The notes: generated by a model from the sequence alone, not told the origin. Positions 18,896 to 28,660 are shown, numbered from the stretch's first letter. The stretch is 51,121 nt of DNA from an uncultured bacterium (GCA_946184715.1 CAMHGU010000001.1:1-51121); one strand, 5' to 3'. A program made the numbers and translations.

Positions 18896-18931
18896 TTCTA
18901 GATCTTCTAGAAATTCTAGATGTTCTAGATG
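18896..18931. repeat. 4 x 9-bp tandem repeat TTCTAGA-NN (palindromic TCTAGA core)
   Basis: Units are ttctagatc / ttctagaaa / ttctagatg / ttctagatg, read directly. The last unit contains the TAG stop (minus strand, 18925-18927) of the acyltransferase. Confidence 0.9.
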
Positions 18932-19935
18932 GGCTTGTGGGCCTTGGGGGTGAAGCGCTTGAGGAGGGCGTTCCAGAGAGGCTGAAAGGTGAATTTGTCG
19001 AAGAGGAGGGAGCCGAAGAACACTGCGGCTATGAAGCCGCCGAGGGCGAGACTGAACATGAGGCTATCGGGGAATCGATTGGCGAGGTAGCGCACCATCT
19101 CGCGGTAGTGGACCCAGAGGGCGGGCGACATATGGGTGAGATACACGGCAAAGGCCGAGCCGGCAAGCCAGTTGACCGCGCGGCTCCGGAACTTCAGTGA
19201 GGCGAAGAATGTGAAGAGCCCCATCGAGGCGATAAGCACGAACGGCGAGTTCATAGCGTAGGCCACCTTATATTCCCACCACGTGACGCTGAGCATCACC
19301 AGCCCGGTAAATGCCACATAGATGCCGAGGCTGAGCCACTTGGGCATACGCTCCGGCAGGCGGTAGTGGCGGATAGTACGCCCCAGTAGGTAGATGATGA
19401 CCAGATGGGTGACGTCGTAGCCATAGCGGCCTATCACTTTCCATTCCACCATCGCCATCGCGAAAGCCGCGAGTCCCACCAGCCCCCATCGCTGCTCTCC
19501 CACCTTGCTCAGGAACAGGTTGATGAGTGGCGACAGAGTGAGCAGCAGGGCGTAGGCGAGGATAAACCAGCGTATATAGGGCGAGAATATCACTATCGAC
19601 TGCGTGAATAGCTTGGCGGTGCAGCCTTCGGGCCACCATATCCAGGAGACGGCGAAGGTGAGCAGCGAGTAGGCCAGCGCCATAGCGATGAAGGTGAGCA
19701 GCGAGCGCCACTTGAAGCGCATCCCGAAGTAGCCCGAGATGAGGATAAAGAGGTCGGTAGCGCCCACAGTGGCCGCTTCCACGAGGTGGCGCGAGAACAT
19801 CGACCAAGAGCCCAGCAGCTCGGCCAGCGAGGTGTGCTGCGGCAGGCCTATGCACGCGGCATCGCTGTGGAGCATAAGAATGCCGGCCATGCTGACCAGC
19901 CGGAGCAGCTCCACTCCTGATTGTCGCTCTTTCAT
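18925..19935 (-). CDS. Acyltransferase family 3 (OafA-like) integral membrane O-acyltransferase
   Basis: 336 aa with about 10 hydrophobic helices. The N-terminal ELLRLVSMAGILMLHS fits the conserved R/H-containing first helix of acyltransferase_3 proteins. Confidence 0.75.
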   Translation of the reverse strand: MKERQSGVELLRLVSMAGILMLHSDAACIGLPQHTSLAELLGSWSMFSRHLVEAATVGATDLFILISGYFGMRFKWRSLLTFIAMALAYSLLTFAVSWIWWPEGCTAKLFTQSIVIFSPYIRWFILAYALLLTLSPLINLFLSKVGEQRWGLVGLAAFAMAMVEWKVIGRYGYDVTHLVIIYLLGRTIRHYRLPERMPKWLSLGIYVAFTGLVMLSVTWWEYKVAYAMNSPFVLIASMGLFTFFASLKFRSRAVNWLAGSAFAVYLTHMSPALWVHYREMVRYLANRFPDSLMFSLALGGFIAAVFFGSLLFDKFTFQPLWNALLKRFTPKAHKPI

Positions 19936-19964
19936 AGCTCGGGGAGGAGGGAAGGGAGGGTGGA

Positions 19965-21947
19965 TTACTTGTTTTGAGCTATCTCGGCGTCGATGGCGTT
20001 GAATTGCGAGTTCATGCTCTTATATTCAGGCACGAAGCGCTTCATCTCTTTCACCATCGAGTGGATGTCGCCTGCTTGGGCGAAGCGTATGATGGCCATC
20101 AGGTAGCGGTTCACTTGCTCGTAGTCGTAGCGTTGCACCTTGGCGATCATAATCTTGTGGTTGACGGTGGAGGTGGTTTTCTCCTTGTCGTTGAGCAGCT
20201 CCTCGTAGAGCTTCTCGCCGGGGCGCAGGCCGGTCTCTACTATCTGGATATCCTTGCCGGGCCGCAGGCCGGCCAGGGAGATCATGCGGCAGGCGAGGTC
20301 GTAGATCTTCACCGGCTTGCCCATATCGAAGATGTAGATTTCGCCGCCGTTGCCCATGCATCCGGCCTCAAGCACGAGCGAGCAGGCCTCTTGGATGGTC
20401 ATAAAGTAGCGTATTATCTCCTTGTGGGTGACGGTGACGGGGCCGCCGCGCTCTATCTGGCTGCGGAAGAGCGGAATCACCGAGCCGTTGGAGCCGAGCA
20501 CATTGCCGAAGCGCGTGGTGATGAACTGCGTCACGGGCTGCCCGTATTTGGTCTCGGCTTGTGCTTTGAAGAATAGCGACTGCACGTAAATCTCGGCGAT
20601 GCGCTTGGTGGCACCCATAATGTTGGAGGGGTTGACGGCCTTGTCGGTCGAGATCATCACAAACTTCTTCACCTTATTATTGAGGGCGAGGTCGGCGAGG
20701 TTCATCGTGCCCTGCACATTGGTGATGATGGCCTCGGTGGGGTTGATTTCCATCATCGGCACGTGCTTATAGGCAGCGGCGTGGTACACGATGGCGGGGT
20801 GATACTGGTCGAATGCTCGAGCCATACGAGCGCGATTCACCACGTCGGCTATGTAGAGGACGATGTCGGTGCCGGGGAAGCGCTCTTTCATCTCGAGCTG
20901 CATATTGTGCATCGGCGTCTCGGCCTGGTCCACGAGGATAATCTTCTTGGCGCCGAAGGCGGCCACTTGCCTTACTATTTCGGAGCCTATTGAGCCGGCG
21001 GCGCCGGTGATGAGCACGGTCTGGCCGGCGATGTTGTCCTTCACCAGCGGGTTGTCGGTCTTGATGGGGTCGCGGCCCAAGAGGTCTTCAATTTGGATAT
21101 TGTTGATGTGGGCCGAGAGCTGAGTGGGCGTGCCGGCTTTGCCTTCGGTCTCTTCGGAGAACTCTTCCACCTGGTTGAGACGCAGGAGGGTGATGCCGTT
21201 CTGGAGCAGCACGTCGCCGTAGGTGGAGCGGATGGTATCAATCTGCGAGGCGAGGAAGAGTAGGGTGGTGGAGTGGTGCCGGGCGAAGATGTCGGCGATG
21301 CGGTCGGCATCGAAGCGCTCCACGGTGAGCCCGTTGATACTCTGGGAGGTGGAGCCTTCGGCCGTGTGGAGCAAGGCCACCGGCTCGTATTTGCTGGAGG
21401 TCTCGTGCTTAAGAGCATTGGCGAGAATCACCGAGTTGATGGAGGTGCCGAGCACGATGACCGGAATGCGGTCGCTCTTGGGCGAGTTGATGCGGATGAA
21501 GATGTACTTGATGAGCAGCCGCATCGTCATCAGCAGCGAGAATCCCACCACGCCTATGAGCAGAAGGTCGAAGTAGCGGAATATCTGGTAGCCCAGAATC
21601 TTATCGACGCCCACGTTGATGATGATGAGCACCGCCGTGGCATACACCACGAGCATAAACACGCGGTAGCCGTCCTCAATCACCGAGAGGCGAATGATGC
21701 GCTGGTAGCTTTTCACGGTGATGTCGGTCACGGCGTACACTATGGCGAGCACTATGGGCTGGAGCCACAGCGGAGCGTTGGCCTCGGGCACCGGGCCGCC
21801 ACCGAATATATTGTACAGGCATAGGAATCCCCAAGCGGCGAGGATCACTAAAATATCAAGTGCGAGCACCATCCACTGAGGTAACGGGACCTTCAGCAGG
21901 AGGCGGTAGAGCCGCGATTGGCCAAACGATTTGAATATCCAGTCCAT
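19965..21947 (-). CDS. CapD/WbpM/PglF-type membrane-anchored NDP-sugar 4,6-dehydratase (polysaccharide biosynthesis protein)
   Basis: 660 aa. There are four N-terminal TM helices, then Rossmann folds including VLITGAAGSIGSEI, then the catalytic region AAAYKHVP (YxxxK). Confidence 0.88.
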   Translation of the reverse strand: MDWIFKSFGQSRLYRLLLKVPLPQWMVLALDILVILAAWGFLCLYNIFGGGPVPEANAPLWLQPIVLAIVYAVTDITVKSYQRIIRLSVIEDGYRVFMLVVYATAVLIIINVGVDKILGYQIFRYFDLLLIGVVGFSLLMTMRLLIKYIFIRINSPKSDRIPVIVLGTSINSVILANALKHETSSKYEPVALLHTAEGSTSQSINGLTVERFDADRIADIFARHHSTTLLFLASQIDTIRSTYGDVLLQNGITLLRLNQVEEFSEETEGKAGTPTQLSAHINNIQIEDLLGRDPIKTDNPLVKDNIAGQTVLITGAAGSIGSEIVRQVAAFGAKKIILVDQAETPMHNMQLEMKERFPGTDIVLYIADVVNRARMARAFDQYHPAIVYHAAAYKHVPMMEINPTEAIITNVQGTMNLADLALNNKVKKFVMISTDKAVNPSNIMGATKRIAEIYVQSLFFKAQAETKYGQPVTQFITTRFGNVLGSNGSVIPLFRSQIERGGPVTVTHKEIIRYFMTIQEACSLVLEAGCMGNGGEIYIFDMGKPVKIYDLACRMISLAGLRPGKDIQIVETGLRPGEKLYEELLNDKEKTTSTVNHKIMIAKVQRYDYEQVNRYLMAIIRFAQAGDIHSMVKEMKRFVPEYKSMNSQFNAIDAEIAQNK

Positions 21948-22023
21948 TCAGGAGTCGTAATTCAGTTTTATGGTAATCGGGAAAGTGCTCTGCCACAGAG
22001 CCGGTTGCTTTCCGTTTATCCGT

Positions 22024-22031
22024 GCAAAGTT
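22024..22031 (-). promoter_or_regulatory. Candidate -7 box (TAACTTTG on minus strand) for the capD-like operon
   Basis: The plus strand reads CAAAGTTA, the reverse complement of TAnnTTTG, about 77 nt upstream of the minus-strand start codon at 21947. Confidence 0.3.
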
Positions 22032-22102
22032 AAGTGTTTGGCGGCGATGTTGCAAGCAAAAGCCCGAAAATCTGCTTCGGGTGGTCGCGAGCGAGCGGGG
22101 AG

Positions 22103-22190
22103 GCGAGGATTCGAGTAATCGACTATTCGAGCAATCGAGCAATCGAGCAATCGAGTGGTCGAGTGGTCGAGGATTCGAGGGGTCGAGGAC
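22103..22190. repeat. 11-unit 8-bp tandem array (TCGAG-NNN)
   Basis: Read directly: gcgaggat tcgagtaa tcgactat tcgagcaa tcgagcaa tcgagcaa tcgagtgg tcgagtgg tcgaggat tcgagggg tcgaggac. It lies in the 569-nt divergent intergenic region. Confidence 0.9.
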
Positions 22191-22336
22191 GGCGGTGTAA
22201 AAATTTATTTGTAATAGGTGCAAATGTTTAGAATTGCCGGTGTTCAAATTTTGCTTATTAATGTTTAAATTTATCGAAATGCACCACAAAACGCAAAATT
22301 TTCATATATTTTTACCCCATAACGGAATTTTTTACA

Positions 22337-22344
22337 TAAATTTG
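22337..22344 (+). promoter_or_regulatory. Candidate -7 box (TAAATTTG) for the lipoprotein locus
   Basis: Exact TAnnTTTG match with TTTA 22 nt upstream, about 180 nt before ATG 22523. Confidence 0.3.
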
Positions 22345-22522
22345 CAATCGTTTTGAGGGTGAAAAAGCTGGTTTTTTCACTCCGACTAAATTGAAAATGT
22401 GACCCGAAATTTAGGCCCTACAGCCTCAAATTATTCTACCGAGCTTCCCGGGCAAAACCGAGGGAGCCGCTACGTGAGATAGAAAACTATTAATTCAAAT
22501 ACGACGTACAAATTAAATGTGT

Positions 22523-24943
22523 ATGAAACTTAAATTTTTAGGATTGCTTCCTGCACTGGTGCTTGCATTGGCATCGTGCAGCGACGACAGCCCGTACTCC
22601 GGCAACGGATTCGGCCGCATTGAGGCAACAGTCAACGCCGACGCGACGGTGACTCCCTCATCGGCACTGAGCCGCAGCGGTGAGACTACGGCAATGTCGG
22701 CTGATGTAAGCGCGTTTAAGGTTGAGATCGCCAAGAAAGACGGCACTTTCTCCAAGACGTGGGAGAGTGTGGCAGCGATGGACCCCGAGACGCAGTACCC
22801 CACCGGTGCTTACACTATCAACGTAAGCTACGGTGACGAGAACGCCGAAGGCTTCGAGAGGCCTTACTACTTCGGCTCCACTGAATTTGTTGTTGTTGAT
22901 GAAGAGACCGCACAGCCGGCAGTGACTGCCACCCTGTGCAACACGATGCTCTCTATCGACTACACCGATGCTTTCAAGAAGTATTTCTCCGATTACAGCG
23001 CCACCATCCACTCGGCCGGAGGTGCTTATATCGAATATGAGAAAGACGAGTTCCGCCCCGTGTATGTGCAGCCCGGCGACATAGCTCTCGAGCTTAATGT
23101 CACTAAGGCTGAGGACGGCAAGTCGTTCAAGTTCAACCCAGCCGACATCACCGGCGCCAAGCCTCGCACTCACTACAGTGTGAAATTCGACGTCAACGGC
23201 GGTGAGGTGGGCGACGCTGTCCTCACAGTAAGCTTCGACAGCACTACCGAGACCGAGCCTATTGAAGTGGTCCTCAGCGAAGAGCTCGTCAACGCTCCCG
23301 CGCCCACTATCAAGCCCCTCGGCTTCGCCAGCGGCGACGTGTTCAACATCATCGAAGGCGAGACCTTCTCCGAGTCGCCCCGCGTCAATATCCTTGCTCA
23401 TGCAGGAATCGAGAGCGTGACACTCACTGTCAACAGCGCTTACCTGGCAAGCCAGGGCTGGCCTACCGAGATCGACCTGCTTCAGGCTACCGCCGCTCAG
23501 CAGTCGATGATGACCGCCGCAGGCCTTAAGGTGACCGGCCTCTGGAAGAACCCCGACAAGATGGCACAAATCGACTTCGGCGGCCTCATTGCAAGCCTTA
23601 GGGACTACAACGGCAACCAGAATCACGAATTCTCCATCCAGGTGAAGGATAAATTCACCAAGCTCAGCGACGTGGTTACCTTCAAGGCCACGACCGAACC
23701 GCTGCAGCTCGTGCTCAGCAATCCCGGCACCCTCGCCCTCGGTCAGAACACCGCTACCGCCACTCTCGACTATAACGGCGGTAACGTTAACGACAATGTT
23801 AAGATTCAGATTATCAACGAGTATGGCGTTTGGGCCGATGCCAACGTGACCGGTATCACCTCCGCCGGCGACCGCAAATATACCGTGGCAATCTCAATCC
23901 CCGCATCCAACGACAATGTCACCATTCGCGCCATCTACAAAGGTGAAACTACCAGCAACACCCTGAAGATACTTCGCGACTGCCCGGCCTACACGATCAC
24001 GGTCGATGCTCTCGATGTATTTGCCAAGCGTGCCACTATCAAGGTAGTGCCCGAAGACGCTTCGCGCCTCGCCGACATTATGAACTACCTTACCATAGAG
24101 ACTAAGCAAGGCTCAGGCGTATTTGCCGAAGTGGCAGCCGCCAACGTCACCCGCAACGCCACTGCAGGTACGATTCTGCTCAAGAACCTGACTCCCTCCA
24201 CCGCCTATAGCGTACGCACCGCTCTGGCCGACTATAGCAACACGGTGACATTCACCACCGAGGCCGACCAGCAGCTCGCCAACTCCAATATGGACAGCTG
24301 GTACGTGAAGAGTAAGGGTAACTACTGGACCAACTATGTGTGTGGCGTCAATGGGCAGACACTCGTGTGGGGCACGCTCAATGACCTCACCACCGGTAGC
24401 GGCGTTGATGCTTACTACACTCGCCCGTGGAGTACATCCTCCACTACCGATGCCCACACCGGCACAGCAGCTCTCATCCGCACCGTAGGTTACGGTAGCG
24501 GTACTACCGGTGCAGGTTCCATTAGTATTGTTCCCAATACGACACAAGGTGAGCTTTACACCGGAACCTATTCAGGTGGCCCGCAATACGGCGTGGCATT
24601 CCCCTCGCGCCCCGATGCTCTTACCTTCTGGTACAAATACACTGCCCAGACTAAGGTGAGCGGCGACTATGGTGTGGCCTATGTGAAGGTGTACAACGCT
24701 GCAGGTACAGTAATCGCTACCAACAGCTTCAACATCACCTCCACCGGCTCTTACACCAAGAAGACCCTCGACCTCAACTACACCGTTAGGGCAAAGGCCG
24801 CCAAGATTGAAGTAGTATTCAAGAGCTCAGGCAACAGCGACTGCATCAAGCGCGCAGGCCTTAATCTTGTAGGCGCCAGCAACTCCACCGGTCACCAGGG
24901 CAGCCAGCTCTATATTGATGATGTAACCCTTGATTATAAATGA
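22523..24943 (+). CDS. Surface lipoprotein A: DUF4493-like N-terminal module, Ig-like repeats, Fn3-like module, PCMD-like C-terminal domain
   Basis: Lipobox LASC followed by SDDSP. The N-terminal module has GAYTINVSYG..RPYYFGSTEFVV..TATLCNTMLSIDY. Fn3-like segment LTPSTAYSVRTAL. C-terminal motifs NSNMDSWY, WGTLND, GELYTGTY, RPDALTFWYKY and LYIDDVTLDY. Alternative start at ATG 22517. Confidence 0.8.
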   Translation: MKLKFLGLLPALVLALASCSDDSPYSGNGFGRIEATVNADATVTPSSALSRSGETTAMSADVSAFKVEIAKKDGTFSKTWESVAAMDPETQYPTGAYTINVSYGDENAEGFERPYYFGSTEFVVVDEETAQPAVTATLCNTMLSIDYTDAFKKYFSDYSATIHSAGGAYIEYEKDEFRPVYVQPGDIALELNVTKAEDGKSFKFNPADITGAKPRTHYSVKFDVNGGEVGDAVLTVSFDSTTETEPIEVVLSEELVNAPAPTIKPLGFASGDVFNIIEGETFSESPRVNILAHAGIESVTLTVNSAYLASQGWPTEIDLLQATAAQQSMMTAAGLKVTGLWKNPDKMAQIDFGGLIASLRDYNGNQNHEFSIQVKDKFTKLSDVVTFKATTEPLQLVLSNPGTLALGQNTATATLDYNGGNVNDNVKIQIINEYGVWADANVTGITSAGDRKYTVAISIPASNDNVTIRAIYKGETTSNTLKILRDCPAYTITVDALDVFAKRATIKVVPEDASRLADIMNYLTIETKQGSGVFAEVAAANVTRNATAGTILLKNLTPSTAYSVRTALADYSNTVTFTTEADQQLANSNMDSWYVKSKGNYWTNYVCGVNGQTLVWGTLNDLTTGSGVDAYYTRPWSTSSTTDAHTGTAALIRTVGYGSGTTGAGSISIVPNTTQGELYTGTYSGGPQYGVAFPSRPDALTFWYKYTAQTKVSGDYGVAYVKVYNAAGTVIATNSFNITSTGSYTKKTLDLNYTVRAKAAKIEVVFKSSGNSDCIKRAGLNLVGASNSTGHQGSQLYIDDVTLDYK

Positions 24944-26412
24944 TTATGAAACGGATATATAACTTTCTCTTAATCGGCTTTGTAGCCCTCGTGGGGCTTA
25001 CATCATGCGACAAAGGCATCGACCCCATCGGCGACGGCGAAGGCCAGCTCCGCACCAAGTCGATAGCTATCGACGTGGTCAACTCCGAAGAGGTGGTAAG
25101 CCGTAGCTCCGTCGATGTGAGCACCTTCACCATCACCATCCGCAAAGCCGCTTCCGACGAGGTAGTTTACTCGTGGAAGTACAGCGAAATGCCTGAAATT
25201 ATCACCCTCGACGTGGGCGACTACAAGGTGGAAGCCTTCAACGCAGCTCCTCAAGACGCCGCATTTGAAGCTCCTTACTACTACGCTTCGAAAGAGTTCA
25301 CTATCGTGAAGGACGAGATCACCGAGATTGGTACTCTCGTGTGCAAGCTTGCCAACGTCAAGGTGTCAATCCGCTATAGCGATGAGCTGGCAGCCCTCAT
25401 CGGCAACGGCGACGACGTGAATGTAAATGTGGTAGTGGGCGAGCTCGGCAGCCTCGACTTCGCCTTCAGCGAGACCCGTGCCGGTTACTTCCGCTACGTG
25501 GAATCGAGTACCACTCTCGTGGCCACATTCTCAGGCACTGTCGACGGATTCTTCCTTAATGAATATAAGGTGTACAGCGATGTGGCCCCCGGCCAGCACC
25601 GCATCATCACCTTCTCGCTCAAGAGCAACCCGCTCAACCCCGACGAGTACGGCTCAATCGGCACCAGCGGTCTCTCTATCGACGCTACCGTGACCAACGT
25701 TGACCTCACCATCGATGTCCCCGTCACCGAAGAGCCCGTTGACCCCGACGATATGCTCAGCCTCTCCACCGCATCGCTCCGTATGGGTGCCGATGGCAGC
25801 ACTGCCAACGTCAAGGTAACCGCCACCGGCGACTGGACCGTGGAAAGCAACCAGACTTGGCTCACCACCTCGCAGGCTTCAGGCGCTAAGGGCGAAACCA
25901 CAATCACCGTGACCGCCACAGCCAACGAGACCACTGCCGAGCGCAACGCTACGCTGACATTCCGCATGGGCAACCAGACCAAGACCATCGCCGTGACACA
26001 AGCTGTGAAGGGCGACGACACCGCTCCTACAATCACCAGTACGTCGATTGACGTGGATGGCGTCAACATCGTTTCGGCCGGTATGACCGCTGCCGTTACC
26101 ATCAAAGCTCCTAAGGGCATCGCTCACCTCAACGTGACCATCGACTCGCCCTCTCTCACTCCGGCCGACCTCGAAGACGTAGGCCTCGGTGCCAACTTCG
26201 ACCTCGCTTATCCCGGTGAACTCGAAGGCGGCCTCTCCGGCCTCGGATTCCCCACCGGAAGCAACGTAATCGGCAAGAATGAGCTCGTATTCGATATCTC
26301 CTCGTTCATGGGTCTTCTCCAGGCTTTCGCCGGCGAGCACCACTTCATCTTGAACGTCGTAGATGCCAACGGGCAAGAAATCACCAAGACTCTCAAATTC
26401 TTAGTGCAGTAA
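24940..26412 (+). CDS. Surface lipoprotein B: DUF4493-like module plus BACON domain
   Basis: ATGA start/stop overlap with gene A. Lipobox LTSC followed by DKGID. GDYKVEAFNA..APYYYASKEFTI..LVCKLANVKVSIRY parallels genes A and C. A BACON-like segment at nt 25756-26004 reads GDWTVESNQTWLTTS..GETTITVTATANETTAERNATLTF..IAVTQ. Confidence 0.75.
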   Translation: MIMKRIYNFLLIGFVALVGLTSCDKGIDPIGDGEGQLRTKSIAIDVVNSEEVVSRSSVDVSTFTITIRKAASDEVVYSWKYSEMPEIITLDVGDYKVEAFNAAPQDAAFEAPYYYASKEFTIVKDEITEIGTLVCKLANVKVSIRYSDELAALIGNGDDVNVNVVVGELGSLDFAFSETRAGYFRYVESSTTLVATFSGTVDGFFLNEYKVYSDVAPGQHRIITFSLKSNPLNPDEYGSIGTSGLSIDATVTNVDLTIDVPVTEEPVDPDDMLSLSTASLRMGADGSTANVKVTATGDWTVESNQTWLTTSQASGAKGETTITVTATANETTAERNATLTFRMGNQTKTIAVTQAVKGDDTAPTITSTSIDVDGVNIVSAGMTAAVTIKAPKGIAHLNVTIDSPSLTPADLEDVGLGANFDLAYPGELEGGLSGLGFPTGSNVIGKNELVFDISSFMGLLQAFAGEHHFILNVVDANGQEITKTLKFLVQ

Positions 26413-26416
26413 CATC

Positions 26417-28555
26417 ATGAAGAAGATAGTTTATACCATATTAGCCACAATCTTCGGCGCGACGCTCATGGTGAGCTGCTCCAACGATGAGCCGATGGTT
26501 GGTGAGGGTAAAGTTTCCCTCAAGGTGGCTCTTAACAGCGATGTGAAGGTCATTGGCCGTGCCGAGGAAGACGACCTCGCAGCCAACTGCACCATCTACG
26601 TATACAACTCGGAGAACCTGATTCGCAAGTATCACGGCATAGCCGAAGTGCCCGAAGAGATTATCCTCGTGAGCGGCGACTACACGGCTGTGGCTTGGGC
26701 CGGCGACAGTGTCCCCGCTTCCTACACCGCCAAGTACTACAAAGGCTCCTCGCCTTTCACCATCTCGGCCGGTAGCGACGTGCGCACCACTATCGAGTGC
26801 AAAATCGCCAACACCGTAGCCTCCGTCATCTTTGAGCCTGAGGTGGACAATGTACTTACCGACTATAAGATTAACATAGGCAACACGGCCGGCTCGCTCG
26901 ACTTCGACAAGACCAACTCGGCCGACGCCAAAGGTTACTATATGATGCCCGATGGCGACAAGGACCTCACGTGGACCATCACCGGTACGCAAGTCAATGG
27001 CCAGCCGTTCACCCAGACCGGCGTCATCGAGAACGTGAAGCCCGCCACCGAGTATGCGCTCACCGTGCGCTACAACGAGAAGGCCTTCGAAGTGGGTGGC
27101 GCTATGCTGACCGTCGAGGTTGACGAAACTACCATCGACGTCAACGACGAGTTCATCCTCAAGACCGCTCCCCGCATCACCGGTCAAGGCTTCGACATCG
27201 ACAACCCCGTCTATATCGAAGAGGGCGCTGCCAGCAAGAAGAGCGTTTACATCGCTTCGGCTACCGAAGTTACCGGTATCGAAATCTCTTGCGAGCGCTA
27301 CACCGAGATGGGTCTTCCCGCCGCCACATTCGACTTCCTGACGATGAGCGCTACCGCTCGCGACGCCGTGCAGGCCGCAGGTATCACTTACTCCTACTCC
27401 TACGACGCCACTAAGGACGAGACCCTCGCCAAGCTCACCTTCGCTAAGGAGCTTCTCGACAAGGTCACCGGCCGCGTAGAGTTCGTCATCAAGGCCACCG
27501 ATAAGGACGGCCGCGTCACCACCAAGCCCTTAGTGGTAGAGGTTAGCGACGCTAAGGTCATCACGTCGGCACAGCAATCGGGCGACGTCACTTGCTACAC
27601 CGCCACTCTCCGCGGCGCCATCGCCAAGCCCGATGCCACCAACCCCGGCTTCAAGTACCGCAAGGTGGGCACCAGCGAGTGGACTAAGGTGGCAGGTACC
27701 GTCAGCGGTTCCAACTTCACCGCCAAGGTTACCGGCCTCACCTCCAACACCGCTTATGAGTACATCGCTGTGAGCGACGACTTCGACTCGTCAGTGGCCG
27801 TAGAGTTCACTACCTTCAACGACCCGCAGCTTACTAATGCCGGCTTCGAAGACTGGTTTACCGACAGCGACAACGCTCTCGTGCCCGCTTCATCGGCAAG
27901 CAACCTCTTCTGGGATTGCGGTAACCACGGTTCCATCACGCTGAACATAAATATCACGACTCCCGAATCGAGCATTAAGCACAGTGGTAACTACTCGATT
28001 AAACTGAAGAGCGACTTCCCGTCGCTGGCAGGTATCGGTAAGTTTGCCGCAGGCAACGTGTTCATCGGCAAGTACCTCCGCACAGACGGTACTAACGGTG
28101 TGCTTGGCTTCGGTCGCCCGATGGCATCGCGCCCCGTGGCACTCCGCGGCTGGGTGAAGTACACTCCGGGTACTATCGACAAGACCACCAGCTCGGCTCC
28201 CTCGGAGTGCAAGAAGGGTGACCCCGATAAGGGTATCATCTATGTGGCTATGGTCGATGGCACCACCAAGAGCGACAATGGCTCCGCTTGGCCGGTTATC
28301 ATCAAGACCAAGAGCAGCGATCTTAGCTTGTTCAGCAAGGACGATGCCAACGTGATAGGCTACGGTGAGCTTACTTGGCGCACCGCCACCGCAGGCAGCG
28401 GCCTCATCGAGTTCGAAATCCCGATCGAATACAAGAGTGACGCTATGCCCGCCAATATCCTCATCACCTGCTCGGCCAGCGCCTGGGGCGACTACTTCTC
28501 AGGCTCCACCTCCAGCGTGATGTACGTTGACGACCTCGAGCTCGTTTACGAGTAA
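26417..28555 (+). CDS. Surface lipoprotein C: DUF4493-like module, Fn3-like module, PCMD-like C-terminal domain
   Basis: Starts 4 nt after gene B. Lipobox MVSC followed by SNDEP. SGDYTAVAWAG..KYYKGSSPFTI..IECKIANTVASVIF. Fn3-like FKYRKVGTSEWTKV..GLTSNTAYEYIA. C-terminal motifs NAGFEDWF, FWDCGNHG, GNVFIGKY, RPVALRGWVKYT and MYVDDLELVYE. Confidence 0.8.
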   Translation: MKKIVYTILATIFGATLMVSCSNDEPMVGEGKVSLKVALNSDVKVIGRAEEDDLAANCTIYVYNSENLIRKYHGIAEVPEEIILVSGDYTAVAWAGDSVPASYTAKYYKGSSPFTISAGSDVRTTIECKIANTVASVIFEPEVDNVLTDYKINIGNTAGSLDFDKTNSADAKGYYMMPDGDKDLTWTITGTQVNGQPFTQTGVIENVKPATEYALTVRYNEKAFEVGGAMLTVEVDETTIDVNDEFILKTAPRITGQGFDIDNPVYIEEGAASKKSVYIASATEVTGIEISCERYTEMGLPAATFDFLTMSATARDAVQAAGITYSYSYDATKDETLAKLTFAKELLDKVTGRVEFVIKATDKDGRVTTKPLVVEVSDAKVITSAQQSGDVTCYTATLRGAIAKPDATNPGFKYRKVGTSEWTKVAGTVSGSNFTAKVTGLTSNTAYEYIAVSDDFDSSVAVEFTTFNDPQLTNAGFEDWFTDSDNALVPASSASNLFWDCGNHGSITLNINITTPESSIKHSGNYSIKLKSDFPSLAGIGKFAAGNVFIGKYLRTDGTNGVLGFGRPMASRPVALRGWVKYTPGTIDKTTSSAPSECKKGDPDKGIIYVAMVDGTTKSDNGSAWPVIIKTKSSDLSLFSKDDANVIGYGELTWRTATAGSGLIEFEIPIEYKSDAMPANILITCSASAWGDYFSGSTSSVMYVDDLELVYE

Positions 28556-28603
28556 TCCCGATCCTGAACTTTGATGACCGCTTGAAGTGTCATTAAATAA
28601 TCG

Positions 28604-28660
28604 ATATCATTGAGTTGTAAGGGCACGGCAAGGGCCGTGTCCTTACCTCGTCAATGATAT
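28604..28660 (+). terminator. Long compound hairpin between sub-operons (terminator-like, no clean U-tract)
   Basis: The inner 13-bp stem pairs 28617-28629 with 28634-28646 (one G-U, loop AAGG). The outer 10-bp stem pairs 28604-28613 with 28651-28660. Confidence 0.45.

Noticed and set aside
18838-19200. 120-aa plus-strand ORF starting in the terminator/repeat region
   Set aside because: It is antisense to the acyltransferase gene, begins inside the terminator hairpin and has no motif.
18896-22190. Whether the 9-bp and 8-bp arrays could be CRISPR-like or terminal repeats of a mobile element
   Set aside because: The units are far too short and are contiguous with no spacers. The two arrays have different sequences, so they are not direct or inverted repeats of each other. 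No integrase, transposase or cas gene lies between or near them.
21948-22289. Several 65-113-aa ORFs on both strands across the capD/lipoprotein intergenic region
   Set aside because: They merely translate the 8-bp tandem array (repetitive SSNRAIE/SRLLD peptides). They overlap each other in different frames.
21948-22516. Invertible (shufflon-type) promoter upstream of the capD-like polysaccharide gene, as in Bacteroides capsule loci
   Set aside because: By eye I found no pair of 15-30-bp inverted repeats flanking a promoter. Only small local hairpins are present (22063-22081, 22358-22380). No UpxY/UpxZ or recombinase genes are adjacent. A computational inverted-repeat scan is needed to exclude it fully.
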